Assembly (NCBI GenBank): GCA_023261845.1
Contig: JALNJZ010000004.1
Span: 1 to 64,000, forward strand
DNA: 64,000 bases
Direction: 5' to 3'
Origin: Candidatus Terraquivivens tengchongensis
GTDB lineage: Archaea > Thermoproteota > Nitrososphaeria_A > Caldarchaeales > Wolframiiraptoraceae
Under the pieces are notes generated by a model that did no database searches, had not been told where the DNA came from, and saw only the letters and a list, made by a program, of their open reading frames with translations. Below, piece by piece: positions 18,969 through 29,561 of this stretch (position 1 is its first letter; each line of letters begins with the position of its first letter). Position numbers and translations under genes: made by a program.

Positions 18969-19874
18969 ATGTCTCCCCAAATTCTTGGGGAGAAGATAAA
19001 GCAAGCTACGGTTAAGCTCTTGATGATTGCCGCCGTATACCTTCCAAGCGATGTTAAGAGCGCACTGGAGGAGGCATACAACAGAGAGAAAGGTGAGCTG
19101 CAGAAGAAGATGCTCCGCGCGATCCTTGACAACCTCGAAATAGCTGAGAAGGAGAAGAGGCCATTATGTCAGGATACAGGTGCAATACTTTTCTACGTCA
19201 AGGTTGGCGAGAAGTTTCCATACATGGGTTCCCTACCGAGAATATTGCGCGAAGCTACTGCCGAAGCCACGGAGCTCATACCACTTAGGCCGAACGTCGT
19301 GGATGTCATAACGGGGAAGAATACCGGGAACAACGTAGGCAATTATCTACCTTGGATAGACTGGGAGGTCGTCCCAAATAGCGATGAAGCTGAGATAACC
19401 GTGATGCTTAAGGGCGGGGGCAGTGAAGCTGTGAGCATGATGAAAGTGCTTACGCCCGCTGAAGGCTTAGAAGGTGCATTAAAGGCCGTAGTGGACACGG
19501 CATTTGAAGCAGGTCCCAGAACCTGTCCACCAAACATCATAGCACTTGGCATAGGTGCCACGGGCGATATAGCCACCAAGATGGCTAAGAAGGGTTTACT
19601 TAGACCCGTAGGCGAAAGGCATCCCGATCCTAGAATCGCAGAGATCGAAAAGAAACTACTAGATGCTGTGAACTCATTAGGGTGGGGCGTTCATGGTACT
19701 GGCAGCGGGCCTACGGCGTTGGATGTGCATGTTGAGATAGCCGAGAGGCATCCTGCCACATATGCTATATCCATAATGGTTTTCTGCTGGGCTGCTAGAA
19801 GGGCGACCATGAAAATCACTGCAGACGGAAAAGTTACTTACCCAAGCCACAGCTTTCTTGAAAAGGAGGGATGA
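18969..19874 (+). CDS. class I Fe-S fumarate/tartrate hydratase alpha subunit
   Basis: PLCQDTG, PLRPN, KGGGSE, CPP, FCWAARR. Confidence 0.9.
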   Translation: MSPQILGEKIKQATVKLLMIAAVYLPSDVKSALEEAYNREKGELQKKMLRAILDNLEIAEKEKRPLCQDTGAILFYVKVGEKFPYMGSLPRILREATAEATELIPLRPNVVDVITGKNTGNNVGNYLPWIDWEVVPNSDEAEITVMLKGGGSEAVSMMKVLTPAEGLEGALKAVVDTAFEAGPRTCPPNIIALGIGATGDIATKMAKKGLLRPVGERHPDPRIAEIEKKLLDAVNSLGWGVHGTGSGPTALDVHVEIAERHPATYAISIMVFCWAARRATMKITADGKVTYPSHSFLEKEG

Positions 19875-20476
19875 GTATGGCGGAATATAAGTTGAGAACA
19901 CCGGTCAGTGAAGAGGAGGTTAGGAAGCTTTCGATCGGCGACGTAATATATCTCACCGGAACCATTTATACGCTGAGAGATGCGGGTCATAAGAGGGCGC
20001 TGGAGCTTATAGCGAAAGGAGAGAAACTGCCAGTGGATTTCAGAGGTATGGCTATATACCATATGGGCCCGATAGTCAAGAAAAAAGACGGTGAATGGGA
20101 AGTCGTCTCTGCAGGGCCTACAACGAGTACTAGGATAGAGGCATACGAGTATGACTTCATAGAGAAGTCTGGGGTGAGGATAATTATCGGAAAGGGCGGT
20201 ATGGGAAAGCGTACGGCTGAGGCTTGCAAGAAGTTCGGCGCGGTTTATACGATATTCACCGGGGGCGCTGGTGCATTGGGTGCTAAAGGTATACAAAAGA
20301 TTGCGGGCGTTCATTGGCTAGACTTAGGCATTCCTGAGGCCATATGGGTCATGGAGGTAAAAGAATTCGGGCCGTTGTTTGTCATCATAGACTCTAATGG
20401 GAACAACTACTACGAGCAAGTAAAGGAAAAAGTAGGGCAGAACCTGAAGGAAGCCTACGCAAAGCTGAAACTTTAG
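19871..20476 (+). CDS. class I Fe-S fumarate/tartrate hydratase beta subunit
   Basis: RDAGH, GPTTS.R.E, IGKGG, LGIPEA. Confidence 0.9.
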   Translation: MSMAEYKLRTPVSEEEVRKLSIGDVIYLTGTIYTLRDAGHKRALELIAKGEKLPVDFRGMAIYHMGPIVKKKDGEWEVVSAGPTTSTRIEAYEYDFIEKSGVRIIIGKGGMGKRTAEACKKFGAVYTIFTGGAGALGAKGIQKIAGVHWLDLGIPEAIWVMEVKEFGPLFVIIDSNGNNYYEQVKEKVGQNLKEAYAKLKL

Positions 20477-21516
20477 CTGAGCTCGGCCTCCCTGAGCAGA
20501 CGCCTTACGTCCGACTCAGTCAACCTTAGCTTATGGAGAATTGTGTACCTATCCGGCCTTATGTCTGGTGCCATGAGAACCGCCTTCACGAAGGTCTGCT
20601 CGTCAACCCCCAACTCCGATAAATTTGAAGGAGTACCTATCGAGGATAATGCAGATTTAACTCTTTTCCATGCAGCTTTATGTACAAATGCCGCGAATAT
20701 CGTAGAAACCCCACACCTTTCACCGTGTAGCGGAGGGTCTTCCATTAAACGGCCTAACGCGTGACTTATCAAATGTTCAGAACCACTGCATGGTCTACTA
20801 CTCCCAGCTATGCCCATCGCCACGCCCGCGCTTATCAGGGCCTCAACAACCGTCCTGATACTGTCCTGTTTTCTCTTACCTATCTTTTTTGCATTCCTGA
20901 AGATTATCTCAGCGCCCATGTACGCGAGGCTTGCAGCGTAATCTCCAAAGTACTCACCGGTAACTTTATGGCTCAACTTCCAGTCCTTAATCGCTGTATA
21001 TTTGGCTACAAGGTCTCCGCAACCGCTTGCTAGGTATCTGTGCGGAGCCTTTTCTATGACATCTATGTCCGCTACTATAGCAAACGGCATGTTCACCATT
21101 CTAGAATACGGCTGACTGCTGTCCATCGCAGAGACCACGGGGCTCGCTATGCCATCGTGAGATGCAACCGTCGGAACGCTTACGAACCTCAAGCTCGCCT
21201 CATGCGCCGATGCTTTAGATACATCTATTACCTTACCGCCACCTATCCCTATGACCGTACCAAACCTTTTTTTAGAAAGGATTGTATGGATAGTTTCTAA
21301 CTCTTGAGAAATTTCTGCCTCGACCAGATGTACCTCGACATCAGTCCTTTCTCCTATTGCTTCGGAAATCGAGCGCCCGTATATGTTATAGGCGGTCTTT
21401 CCCGTAACGATAAGTACCGGCTCACCTCCTGATGCCGTAAGCGCAACCTCGACGACCTTGTCCTTCAAACCCCTTCCGATGACTATTATGTTGGGGAGCT
21501 GCATTATATGGGCCAA
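20473..21516 (-). CDS. egsA: sn-glycerol-1-phosphate dehydrogenase
   Basis: GGGKVIDV.K, PTVASHDGIASP, SRPCSGSEH..SH, HGE, DRYTIL. Confidence 0.93.
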   Translation of the reverse strand: MAHIMQLPNIIVIGRGLKDKVVEVALTASGGEPVLIVTGKTAYNIYGRSISEAIGERTDVEVHLVEAEISQELETIHTILSKKRFGTVIGIGGGKVIDVSKASAHEASLRFVSVPTVASHDGIASPVVSAMDSSQPYSRMVNMPFAIVADIDVIEKAPHRYLASGCGDLVAKYTAIKDWKLSHKVTGEYFGDYAASLAYMGAEIIFRNAKKIGKRKQDSIRTVVEALISAGVAMGIAGSSRPCSGSEHLISHALGRLMEDPPLHGERCGVSTIFAAFVHKAAWKRVKSALSSIGTPSNLSELGVDEQTFVKAVLMAPDIRPDRYTILHKLRLTESDVRRLLREAELS

Positions 21517-21626
21517 GGCACTTCAGCCTTTACAAAAGATATAGAACGGTCAGACAAATACGTTTGCTGTTCCTAAACGTAACAGAAGATTATAAATCGC
21601 CGTAACCAGCATAATATCAGGACGAT

Positions 21627-22553
21627 ATGTTTCCTCCGTGTGAGATAATGGTTCAGGATTTTTTACCAGCAATGAGGGGACTAGTCGCGCTTGAGCTCAG
21701 GAAGGGTGGGATGAGTCAATCAAGGATAGCCACCCTTCTTGGAATAACGCAAGCGGCCGTTAGCCTGTACCTATCAAAAGATGCCACCTATTATAAGAAG
21801 AGGCTTCAGTCTATTGGCATACCCCTAGACGAGGTTGATAAACTTGTGAAGCTCATCTCCAACGATGTGTTGGAGAGTGCAAGAAAAGCAAACGAGATAT
21901 TTTATGCCTTCTGGAAAGAATTGCTCTCTAGGGGCTTACTCTGTAATTATCATAAAAGCATATATCCGTTGCTGAGTGAGTGCGATGTATGTCTCAAAGC
22001 TCCAATATACCAATCTGTTGAACATATGGAGGTACTAAGAGATTTAGAGCACGCGCTCTACATGCTGGAAGGTGCAAGTTATTTTGTAAAGCTAATACCT
22101 GAAGTGGCAGTTAACATCGCTGTGTCGTTAAGGGAGGCTAAATCTGAGTTGGACGTTGCTGCCGTACCAGGAAGGATCGTCGCCCTGAAGGACCGACCAA
22201 AACCTATGAGCAGACCTGAGTTTGGTGCCTCGAAGCATATGGCAAGGGTGCTCCTACGGGTTAGGATGGTCAAGAATGACATTAGAGCGGTCATGAATAT
22301 GAAATACGATGAGAACGTAGAGCTCGTGGCCAGAAAGTTGGGAATGAATGTAGCCTATACAGAAAAGGGAGACGTAGGTAATGAGGAAGCCGTGATAAAC
22401 GCTGTCGCTGTAGCTTTCAAGAAGTATGGCGAGCTGGATGCTGTATTCGATAAAGGAGGTGTCGGTTTGGAACCTATGACGTACATCTTCGGTAAGTCGG
22501 CTACCGACGTCGTAAGGAAAGCGTTAAGGATAGCGAGAAGCTATATAGGCTAA
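21627..22553 (+). CDS. thiR: HTH-ThiN fusion, ThiR-type regulator / thiamine-phosphate synthase family
   Basis: N-terminal PCE...SQSRIATLLGITQAAVSLYL HTH; ThiN domain LIPEVAVN, PGRI, PEFGASKH.A, G.GLEP. Confidence 0.8.
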   Translation: MFPPCEIMVQDFLPAMRGLVALELRKGGMSQSRIATLLGITQAAVSLYLSKDATYYKKRLQSIGIPLDEVDKLVKLISNDVLESARKANEIFYAFWKELLSRGLLCNYHKSIYPLLSECDVCLKAPIYQSVEHMEVLRDLEHALYMLEGASYFVKLIPEVAVNIAVSLREAKSELDVAAVPGRIVALKDRPKPMSRPEFGASKHMARVLLRVRMVKNDIRAVMNMKYDENVELVARKLGMNVAYTEKGDVGNEEAVINAVAVAFKKYGELDAVFDKGGVGLEPMTYIFGKSATDVVRKALRIARSYIG

Positions 22554-22578
22554 ATTATCTTGAATCGAAGGACAAAAA

Positions 22579-23109
22579 CTAGCCATGTTTTGATGCGCTG
22601 AATATCTGGTCTGGTTTGATCACAGATATACCAGTTAGGCCGCCCAGAACTTCAACAAGAACAACCCAATCAGGTCTCTCTAGATTGACCTTCCTGTTGA
22701 TCTTGGCAGCTACCGCCTCTATTATATCCTTACTCGAAAGTTGTGTATGCCTCTTTTCGACGGTGACTCTAAACGTATGGTCCTCGGGTATGATTTGGGC
22801 AAGTCTGGAGGCAACTTCGGCTATCTTTTCTAAGTTCGTCTCAACAACTTCTTCGACAGGTATGACCCTTTGTATGTTTCTGATAAGCCAAGGTTCCTTC
22901 TCTACCATGTTCTTTAACCTCTCAACAATCTCGACAGGGTTTAGAGAAGTCTTAGCAGTCAAAATCCCTGAAATCTTAGTCTGCTCGACCTTAGGGGACG
23001 GGTCGCCCATGCGGTTCAATATGTCTATAAACTCAGATGCCGATACCGGCTCCATCCCCCTTAACGTTGTAACGATCAGGTTAAACCTATCTGGACTCAT
23101 TCGGAGCAC
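22579..23109 (-). CDS. THUMP domain RNA-binding protein
   Basis: FNLIVT, RVIP, FRVTVEKR, KVNLERPD. Confidence 0.85.
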   Translation of the reverse strand: MLRMSPDRFNLIVTTLRGMEPVSASEFIDILNRMGDPSPKVEQTKISGILTAKTSLNPVEIVERLKNMVEKEPWLIRNIQRVIPVEEVVETNLEKIAEVASRLAQIIPEDHTFRVTVEKRHTQLSSKDIIEAVAAKINRKVNLERPDWVVLVEVLGGLTGISVIKPDQIFSASKHG

Positions 23110-24304
23110 TCTCCATCGTTGTTAGGTTGATGAGGGAATCAATCGACTCTTTACTACCTTTTATTATAAGAACATCGCCCGCTTCTATTTTGGTATCGCC
23201 CTTCGGATAATATTCCCACTTACCAGTGAGTGCCTTCCTTATTGTCACTATCTGAATGCCCATATCGGATTGAAGTCCGCATTCTGTAACCGTCAGACCG
23301 TCCAGCTTACTGTTTGGTTTAACTTCTATTTTGCTTATCACCTCATCGCTTTCTTCCATCGCCGACACAAATATTGGATGTAAAGAAACACCACTCAGGA
23401 CGACGTTTGCCATTTCGACGCTAGCATCGGCTATAGTCTCTAACGCCCAAGCGAGCCTCAGCAATCCTCTTAGAAGCTTCACGTTATCGGTCACTTTTGC
23501 GAAGAGCAAAATCTCATACTCTACAGCCTCCTGCATACGGTCCATCCTTTCCTCTACTTTTAACACCTCGTCGGCTATTTCTTTATTATAGAATATCGTT
23601 GAGGAATACGCAAGGTCCACAGAAAGTTGTGAAAGGTTCATCATCTCGACCAGCATTTCTCGTATCTTCCTTTGAGACTCGGGCTCCATTAATTCTGATA
23701 TGCTTGGCATCATGACATGCTTGCCCATTATTAAAACCTCAAAATTGGAAAGAGCCTCGAACGGCCCCTTTGCTATCAACCTATCGCCTGCCTTCAAGGT
23801 TATTTTACCGTCAGGTTTTATCAACCATTGACCGTTCCTCTTCATCGTAATTATCTGCATGCCCGTCTCCTTCTCAATATAGTCCAGTCGCTTTCCGACA
23901 ACAGTCGAATTCTCAGGCACGACTAATGACGTTATCGTCTCCTCGATGAGATGCATTGTCTTAAAGAATGCTTTTGGAAGGCCGATGTCCCTAAGTTCTA
24001 TCGTTGCCATCTCAACAGCGGCGTTGCTGACCTTTTCGGCTGCCTGAATTATTTGAAGAATTGCTGATAAGCTCTCAACCTCTTTTATACCCTTTGACGC
24101 CAGCATGACAACTTCTCTTGCCTTGAAACACAACTCCGTCATCTTCTCCTCCAACTCAAGAACTTCTTCTGCAAAATAGTCCTCCTCGAAGAGTATCGTC
24201 GAGAAGGCAAGGTCCAGCATTAACTCTGACGTGTCTTTCATCTGGATTATTATATCCTTCAAATTTACAGGCTTTAGCTTTCGTTGTTTGGAGGTTTTAG
24301 ACAA
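23087..24304 (-). CDS. tandem PhoU/TrkA-C domain protein (transport regulator)
   Basis: Two repeats of MK..SEL..DLA(F/Y)S, each followed by an RCK_C-like segment (GDRLI.KG). Confidence 0.82.
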   Translation of the reverse strand: MSKTSKQRKLKPVNLKDIIIQMKDTSELMLDLAFSTILFEEDYFAEEVLELEEKMTELCFKAREVVMLASKGIKEVESLSAILQIIQAAEKVSNAAVEMATIELRDIGLPKAFFKTMHLIEETITSLVVPENSTVVGKRLDYIEKETGMQIITMKRNGQWLIKPDGKITLKAGDRLIAKGPFEALSNFEVLIMGKHVMMPSISELMEPESQRKIREMLVEMMNLSQLSVDLAYSSTIFYNKEIADEVLKVEERMDRMQEAVEYEILLFAKVTDNVKLLRGLLRLAWALETIADASVEMANVVLSGVSLHPIFVSAMEESDEVISKIEVKPNSKLDGLTVTECGLQSDMGIQIVTIRKALTGKWEYYPKGDTKIEAGDVLIIKGSKESIDSLINLTTMESAPNESR

Positions 24305-24375
24305 CTGTACCTCCTAACCTCGTTATTTTCATTATGCAGGCTCGATATATAATTTAGCACAACCCTTTATAAATA

Positions 24376-24945
24376 CTAAACTAACCCGAACATTTTTGCG
24401 ATGAATAAAATGCTCGCGATGCTTAGAAAATCACCTATGAGCGTTATCATTGGCATTACTACTGTATCGGGATTATATCCTTTCTTAAAGCTTAACACAG
24501 ACAAGAATATACCGAATAATAATGTGAAGAACACGCTCATCATACCAGCAAGCATAACTATGATCAGCACTGTGAACAACATGCCGTTCATGTCCAAAGT
24601 CACTGAGTAGATAGGAGAAAGAACAAAGCCTATGTAAAGTATGACGATCGTGCTAACTAACATAAGTGAGAGTAGATTCGTACGTAGTCCTCTATTCTTG
24701 CGCAATTTTGGTTCGATAGAACCAAGGTAGAAGGCTGTCGTGAGTCTTGCAACAATGATTGTGCCGAGGTCACCTGCCATATCGTTAAGCGGCGGAATTA
24801 TGGCTAGCAATATAGGCAAGGATATGAGTGCTTCCAATCGTGCCTCCAGCAAGGCTCCTGAAAGCACACCGACCGCAGCAGCTAAAGTTAAAGGTATCTG
24901 ACTTTCCTTTAAGATGTTCCAGAAAACTTTGCTCATATACCCCAC
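24376..24945 (-). CDS. MgtE-family divalent cation transporter membrane subunit
   Basis: Hydrophobic, ARLTT..LG, NPDT...P.IT..GD. Confidence 0.85.
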   Translation of the reverse strand: MGYMSKVFWNILKESQIPLTLAAAVGVLSGALLEARLEALISLPILLAIIPPLNDMAGDLGTIIVARLTTAFYLGSIEPKLRKNRGLRTNLLSLMLVSTIVILYIGFVLSPIYSVTLDMNGMLFTVLIIVMLAGMMSVFFTLLFGIFLSVLSFKKGYNPDTVVMPMITLIGDFLSIASILFIAKMFGLV

Positions 24946-25496
24946 ACCTTAACTGAGGTTATGATTGTCAAAAGACCTATCGTATCACCAATCGTCGTTA
25001 TGTACGGCCCGATGACATTGTCAGGGTCTATCCCGCGCTTGTAAAGCCATATGTCCGAAAAGAACGTTACAGTGATCATTATCACGTTAGAAAGAAATCC
25101 GGCAAAAACAAAGATTCCTAACAGATAAGGTAGGGAAGGGCTAACACCCATACATAAGGATGCTAGATACGCGAATATGCCAATAAGTATTGATTGGGAT
25201 ATGCCTAACGTAAAGGATGCAAGTACCTCCTCAAGAGCAAGGCCCTTTAACTTATAATTGGGTTCCAGCTCGCCGATGTGAAGCCTTGTAGAGATCCTTG
25301 CACCAAACGAGGAAAATATGGCTCCCCTCATATTTAGGAAGGCAGGTATCGCCGCTAACATACCAGGGACTCTTTCCAGAATGTCTGTCATCGAAGAAAG
25401 AATGATGCCTGCTATTATGCCACCGCTGACAGAGAGGAGCTCGGCAACCGTGGATTCCTTCACTATTTTCTTAACTTCACTCATGTCGGCGAGCAC
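24933..25496 (-). CDS. MgtE-family divalent cation transporter membrane subunit
   Basis: ARISTRLHIG, GIDPDNVIGPYITTIGD. Confidence 0.87.
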   Translation of the reverse strand: MLADMSEVKKIVKESTVAELLSVSGGIIAGIILSSMTDILERVPGMLAAIPAFLNMRGAIFSSFGARISTRLHIGELEPNYKLKGLALEEVLASFTLGISQSILIGIFAYLASLCMGVSPSLPYLLGIFVFAGFLSNVIMITVTFFSDIWLYKRGIDPDNVIGPYITTIGDTIGLLTIITSVKVWGI

Positions 25497-25551
25497 CTAC
25501 TCAGCCCTTACGAGTAAGCGATAATAAAAGTTTGCTGTATCTTTTACGAAA

Positions 25552-26367
25552 TCACTTTTTCTTTACTATCTTTTTTTCAAAATCCTCCAATATGGATTGA
25601 AGAGCTTGTCGGTCTGCAGCAGAAATACCTTTCCAGTCTATGACGGCCACACTGGGCTCTTCGACTGTCATCTCAAAGGCCTGCAATACTGCATCCCTAG
25701 TTACTGGGAACGCATATTTCGGTATCATATGGCCAAACGAATATTCACCGGAAAGTACAAGCTTTGTGAATAGCGGGGCATAATGTCCGCCTCCGAAGCC
25801 TACAGCAGGTTCCAAAAGCTTCGGCTTTTCGATCGCAGCAACAGTCGCGGCTGCCACAACCTCTGCCGCATTAACATTGTTTAACTCGTTCTCCGGACCT
25901 CCAAACTCCACAAATATTAAGGGCTTTGTGCTAAATGGGCCGTGATGCGTTACTTCGAGACCTACAGACCAGCCACGTAAAGAGCTTGACTCATCGTGTA
26001 GAGTTACTAGAGAAGTCGTGAGTGCGGCACAGGATGTTTTAGAGACCTTAAACGCTCTACCGCCTTGACTCGTGTCTGGGCCCCAGTTTCCAGCAGGATG
26101 TGTAAGCAGCGCCTTTATGCCCTTCTCTGACACATGCCTCGAAGCAGCTACGATAAGGGATACGTCTAACATTTCGTCCATACCCTCTGCATGTATTAGA
26201 GGCACATCGAGTGTCAAGAGAACTATGTCGTTTTTCATAAAGACTGGACTACCGTTAAAGCACCAATCGGACTCCTTAAATCCAAAGCTTTCTATCAGAA
26301 TGTTTCTCACAAGCATAGACGCTGTGTCCTTCGTGGAAGTCAGTATTGCGGCCTTCGCCTTTATCAC
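25552..26367 (-). CDS. dtdA: archaeal D-aminoacyl-tRNA deacylase (DTD2)
   Basis: SRH, THPAGN, EVTHHGP, FVEFG, GFGGGHY, GHMIPKY, IDWK. Confidence 0.9.
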   Translation of the reverse strand: MIKAKAAILTSTKDTASMLVRNILIESFGFKESDWCFNGSPVFMKNDIVLLTLDVPLIHAEGMDEMLDVSLIVAASRHVSEKGIKALLTHPAGNWGPDTSQGGRAFKVSKTSCAALTTSLVTLHDESSSLRGWSVGLEVTHHGPFSTKPLIFVEFGGPENELNNVNAAEVVAAATVAAIEKPKLLEPAVGFGGGHYAPLFTKLVLSGEYSFGHMIPKYAFPVTRDAVLQAFEMTVEEPSVAVIDWKGISAADRQALQSILEDFEKKIVKKK

Positions 26368-26407
26368 GAGATTCTGCTTAAATAGACTGGGTTTTAACCG
26401 TTCTCTG

Positions 26408-27268
26408 ATGAAGTTCGTCCCCGTTAATGAGCCATTACTTGTTGAACCGGTAGCGAAGGAATTGCTTGACGCTAAGAGGCGCGGTCTTTCCGAAGTCGCA
26501 CTTTCTTTCGACCTTGCGCTCTCAAAAGAGTCGTGTAGGTTGACAGAGACAGGCGTAGAAGTTAGAGGGAGGTTTGTGGATTGGAAAGTAGTCGGAGAAT
26601 CTGCAAAAAGACCGCGAGATGTGTACGTTTTAAGGGCCGGAGCCGTAGAACCTGCGGCAATAGTCAGCGAGCACTTTTACAAACTTGTAATGGTGAAGTG
26701 GGGAAAGCCACCAACACTGGAAATCGACGGCATACATATGCATAGGATAAAGGACGTTACGCCAGATGAGGATACGAGGCTTAAGCTTAGGAACGTGGGA
26801 AGCTTCCGCGGTAAGAGCGTCTTAGATACCTGTATGGGCCTAGGCTACACAGCTATAGGCGCCATCTTGAAGGGTGCGGCCTCCGTGGTCACCGTAGAGA
26901 TTGACAAGAACGTGCTAGAACTTGCTAGGATAAACCCTTGGTCAAGAAAGCTGGCCGATGAAAATGTTGAAGTAATCCTTGGTGACGTATACGAAGTTGT
27001 GGACAGTTTTGGGAAAGAGTTTAACGTTATAATACACGACCCACCAAGATTTTCCCTCGCCGGCCACCTTTATAGCACAGAGTTTTATAAGAAACTCGCC
27101 ACGGTCTTAAAGCCAGGGGGCATTTTAGTTCACTATGTCGGTCAGCCTGGAATAAAAAGGGGAATAAGGCTCTGGGTGGGCGTGATGAGGAGGCTTAGGG
27201 AGGCAGGCTTCTCTGTCCGCTTTGACGAAGCTTCTATGAGCGTGGTCGCCCGGCTTTCTAACTTTTGA
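26408..27268 (+). CDS. archaeal SAM-dependent methyltransferase
   Basis: PTLEIDGIHMH, VLDTCMGLGYTA, NPWS, HDPPRFS; ATG at 26408. Confidence 0.85.
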   Translation: MKFVPVNEPLLVEPVAKELLDAKRRGLSEVALSFDLALSKESCRLTETGVEVRGRFVDWKVVGESAKRPRDVYVLRAGAVEPAAIVSEHFYKLVMVKWGKPPTLEIDGIHMHRIKDVTPDEDTRLKLRNVGSFRGKSVLDTCMGLGYTAIGAILKGAASVVTVEIDKNVLELARINPWSRKLADENVEVILGDVYEVVDSFGKEFNVIIHDPPRFSLAGHLYSTEFYKKLATVLKPGGILVHYVGQPGIKRGIRLWVGVMRRLREAGFSVRFDEASMSVVARLSNF

Positions 27269-27327
27269 TGATTTGCCCATCCTAAGCTAAAACTTTTAAG
27301 GCTCGCTCCTCTATGGGGCTTTATCCG

Positions 27328-28920
27328 ATGAAAACGAGCGAAATAATCGGAAAAGGAACGTGGCTAGACAAAGTAGCCAGTAAGATAATCGAGCGCGAAT
27401 TATCGCTTGGAAGGGACACAAGCATGATAAGAACTGAAAGCGGTCTTGGTGCTTCAGGAATACCGCATGTTGGAAGCCTGTCGGATGCTGTTAGGGCCTA
27501 CGGTGTAACGCTGGCTCTCAGGAACTTGGGCTACAATTCTGAAACCGTGGCCTTTGCGGACGACATGGATGGTTTGAGGAGGGTACCTTCTGACATGCCC
27601 TCTTGGCTCCAAGAACACTTGTTAAAGCCCGTGTCTCATATACCAGACCCGTTTGGTTGCCACAATTCTTATGGTGAGCACATGAGTAGCATGTTAAGGG
27701 ATGCCCTTGACGCAATCGGTGTGGAATACAGATTCTTTTCAGCTAGGAAGGTTTACGAAGAGGGTATGCTGGTCAAAGAGATAGACACGATTCTAAGGAA
27801 TTCGTCCACTATAGGCCAGATAATCTACGAGACAGTAGGGCAAGACAAATTCCTTAGGGTTCTCCCGTACTTCCCTATATGTAAAGGATGTGGTAGGATA
27901 TACACGGCAAACGCATACGAGTATGATCAAAAAAGACTCATCGTGAAATACAGATGTGAAGGTGTCGAGATAAAGGGTAGGAAGATAGAAGGGTGTGGAT
28001 ACGAGGGCGAAGCAGACATAAGGAAAGGTGACGGAAAGCTGGCTTGGAAGGTAGAGTTTGCCGCCAGATGGGCTAGGCTTGACGTACGGTTCGAGGCTTA
28101 CGGAAAGGACATAGCAGATTCTGTTAAGGTAAATGACCTGGTATCTGAACGCATTCTGGGCTTCATACCGCCTTATCACATCAGGTACGAGATGTTTCTG
28201 GATGAGCATGGAAGAAAGATATCCAAGTCTAAAGGCAACGTCTTCACGCCGCAGGAGTGGCTGAAATACGGGACGCCGGAGAGTTTGCTCCTTCTCGTGT
28301 ATAAAAGATATGCCGGAACTAGGAGAATATCATATAAGAGCATACCTAAGTTGATGGACGAGGTCGACTACATAGAGGATGTTTACTTCGGTAAGCAAAA
28401 AGTGACAACAAAAACTGTTGAGATGCGCCTAAAAGGTCTGTATGAATATATTCATCACCTTAGGCCGCCAAGCAAGCCCAAGACGCATGTTCCCTATAAC
28501 CTGCTCGTGGAGCTAGCCAGCTTTGCACCTCAAGGAAAGGTTGAGGAATTCGTGATCTCTAGACTCACGAAGCACGGTTACAAGGTTGATGATGAAGTGC
28601 TGAAAAGGGTCAGGCTGACGATAAACTATGCGCGTAAATTCGGTAGGCTGGAGAGGGGTTTGGTAGAGCTGAGCGAGAATGAGAAGGCGGCGGTCAGACA
28701 ATTAGCATCAAAGATACGCGAGGTTAACAGTCCAGAGGAACTCCAGCACAGCATCTTCGAGCTCGCCCGCTCCAATGGAATAGAACCCTCACAATTCTTT
28801 AGGAAACTTTACGAGATATTCCTGGGCGTACCTAGGGGTCCAAGATTAGGTCCCTATTTGTTTGATATAGGCAAGGACGAAGTTCTCAAGTTACTCGAAC
28901 CATACCTGCGCCCTGCTTGA
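27328..28920 (+). CDS. lysS: class I lysine--tRNA ligase
   Basis: SGIPHVG, KLAWKVEF..RW, E.YGKD, KISKSKGN, GPRLG. Confidence 0.95.
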   Translation: MKTSEIIGKGTWLDKVASKIIERELSLGRDTSMIRTESGLGASGIPHVGSLSDAVRAYGVTLALRNLGYNSETVAFADDMDGLRRVPSDMPSWLQEHLLKPVSHIPDPFGCHNSYGEHMSSMLRDALDAIGVEYRFFSARKVYEEGMLVKEIDTILRNSSTIGQIIYETVGQDKFLRVLPYFPICKGCGRIYTANAYEYDQKRLIVKYRCEGVEIKGRKIEGCGYEGEADIRKGDGKLAWKVEFAARWARLDVRFEAYGKDIADSVKVNDLVSERILGFIPPYHIRYEMFLDEHGRKISKSKGNVFTPQEWLKYGTPESLLLLVYKRYAGTRRISYKSIPKLMDEVDYIEDVYFGKQKVTTKTVEMRLKGLYEYIHHLRPPSKPKTHVPYNLLVELASFAPQGKVEEFVISRLTKHGYKVDDEVLKRVRLTINYARKFGRLERGLVELSENEKAAVRQLASKIREVNSPEELQHSIFELARSNGIEPSQFFRKLYEIFLGVPRGPRLGPYLFDIGKDEVLKLLEPYLRPA

Positions 28921-28998
28921 ACCAAATCTTAGTGCAGAATTACAAACACTTAAATATATCCCGCAAAACCTAATGACAAAAAAGCGTGGTAAAAGAGG

Positions 28999-29424
28999 TT
29001 GAGCGGGTTAGTAAAAATCAGTAACCTGAGCCCGTGGTCGCGCTCGGTAAACCTTCTTGCGAAGGTTGTAAAAAAAGGCGAGGAAAAGTTCGTAGCTTCG
29101 AAGTTTGACCAAAGGGAGCATAAGCTTAGTGAGACGTTGATTGCCGACGAGACCGGTGCCATAACGCTGGTTCTCTGGGATGAGAACATAGACAAGGTAA
29201 ACGAAGGGGACGTAGTCATGATCACCAACGCTTTCGTAAAGCCGTTTAAGGGCTTCATGCAACTAAATCTTGGAAGGTACGGTTCAATAGAGATGGTTAA
29301 CGAAGAAATTCCGAATGTAAACGTAGAGAACAACCTTTCAACAAAGGCCATACCTCGCGAAGAGGGTTATAGCGGACCACGAGGGAGAAGGTTCCAGACA
29401 GGAAGAAGAGGTAGGCAAAGGTAG
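28999..29424 (+). CDS. ssb: single-stranded DNA-binding protein, crenarchaeal single-OB type
   Basis: DETGAI.L.LW, NAFV..FKG..QLNLGRYG, R/G-rich tail. Confidence 0.88.
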   Translation: MSGLVKISNLSPWSRSVNLLAKVVKKGEEKFVASKFDQREHKLSETLIADETGAITLVLWDENIDKVNEGDVVMITNAFVKPFKGFMQLNLGRYGSIEMVNEEIPNVNVENNLSTKAIPREEGYSGPRGRRFQTGRRGRQR

Positions 29425-29494
29425 AAAAAAGGACCAATAACGGCAGCCGTATCTAAGCTAAAACGCTAATTAGCGAGCGCTATGACCTTTATGA

Positions 29495-29561
29495 CTGATG
29501 ATGAAAGCGGGTATTTCGGAGTTACTGCGTAACGATGAAGAATCCGAGCAGGAACTGATAC
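29495..29561 (+). ncRNA. box C/D guide sRNA
   Basis: ATGATGA (29498) AAGCGGGTATTT CGGA (D') GTTAC-TGC-GTAAC hairpin, ATGAAGA (C') ATCCGAGCAGGAA CTGA (29555-29558). Confidence 0.8.

Noticed and set aside
23087-25496. MgtE pair plus PhoU/TrkA-C cluster as a new system
   Set aside because: Recurrent archaeal arrangement, not novel
26072-26407. Extension of the methyltransferase ORF
   Set aside because: Antisense overlap with dtdA
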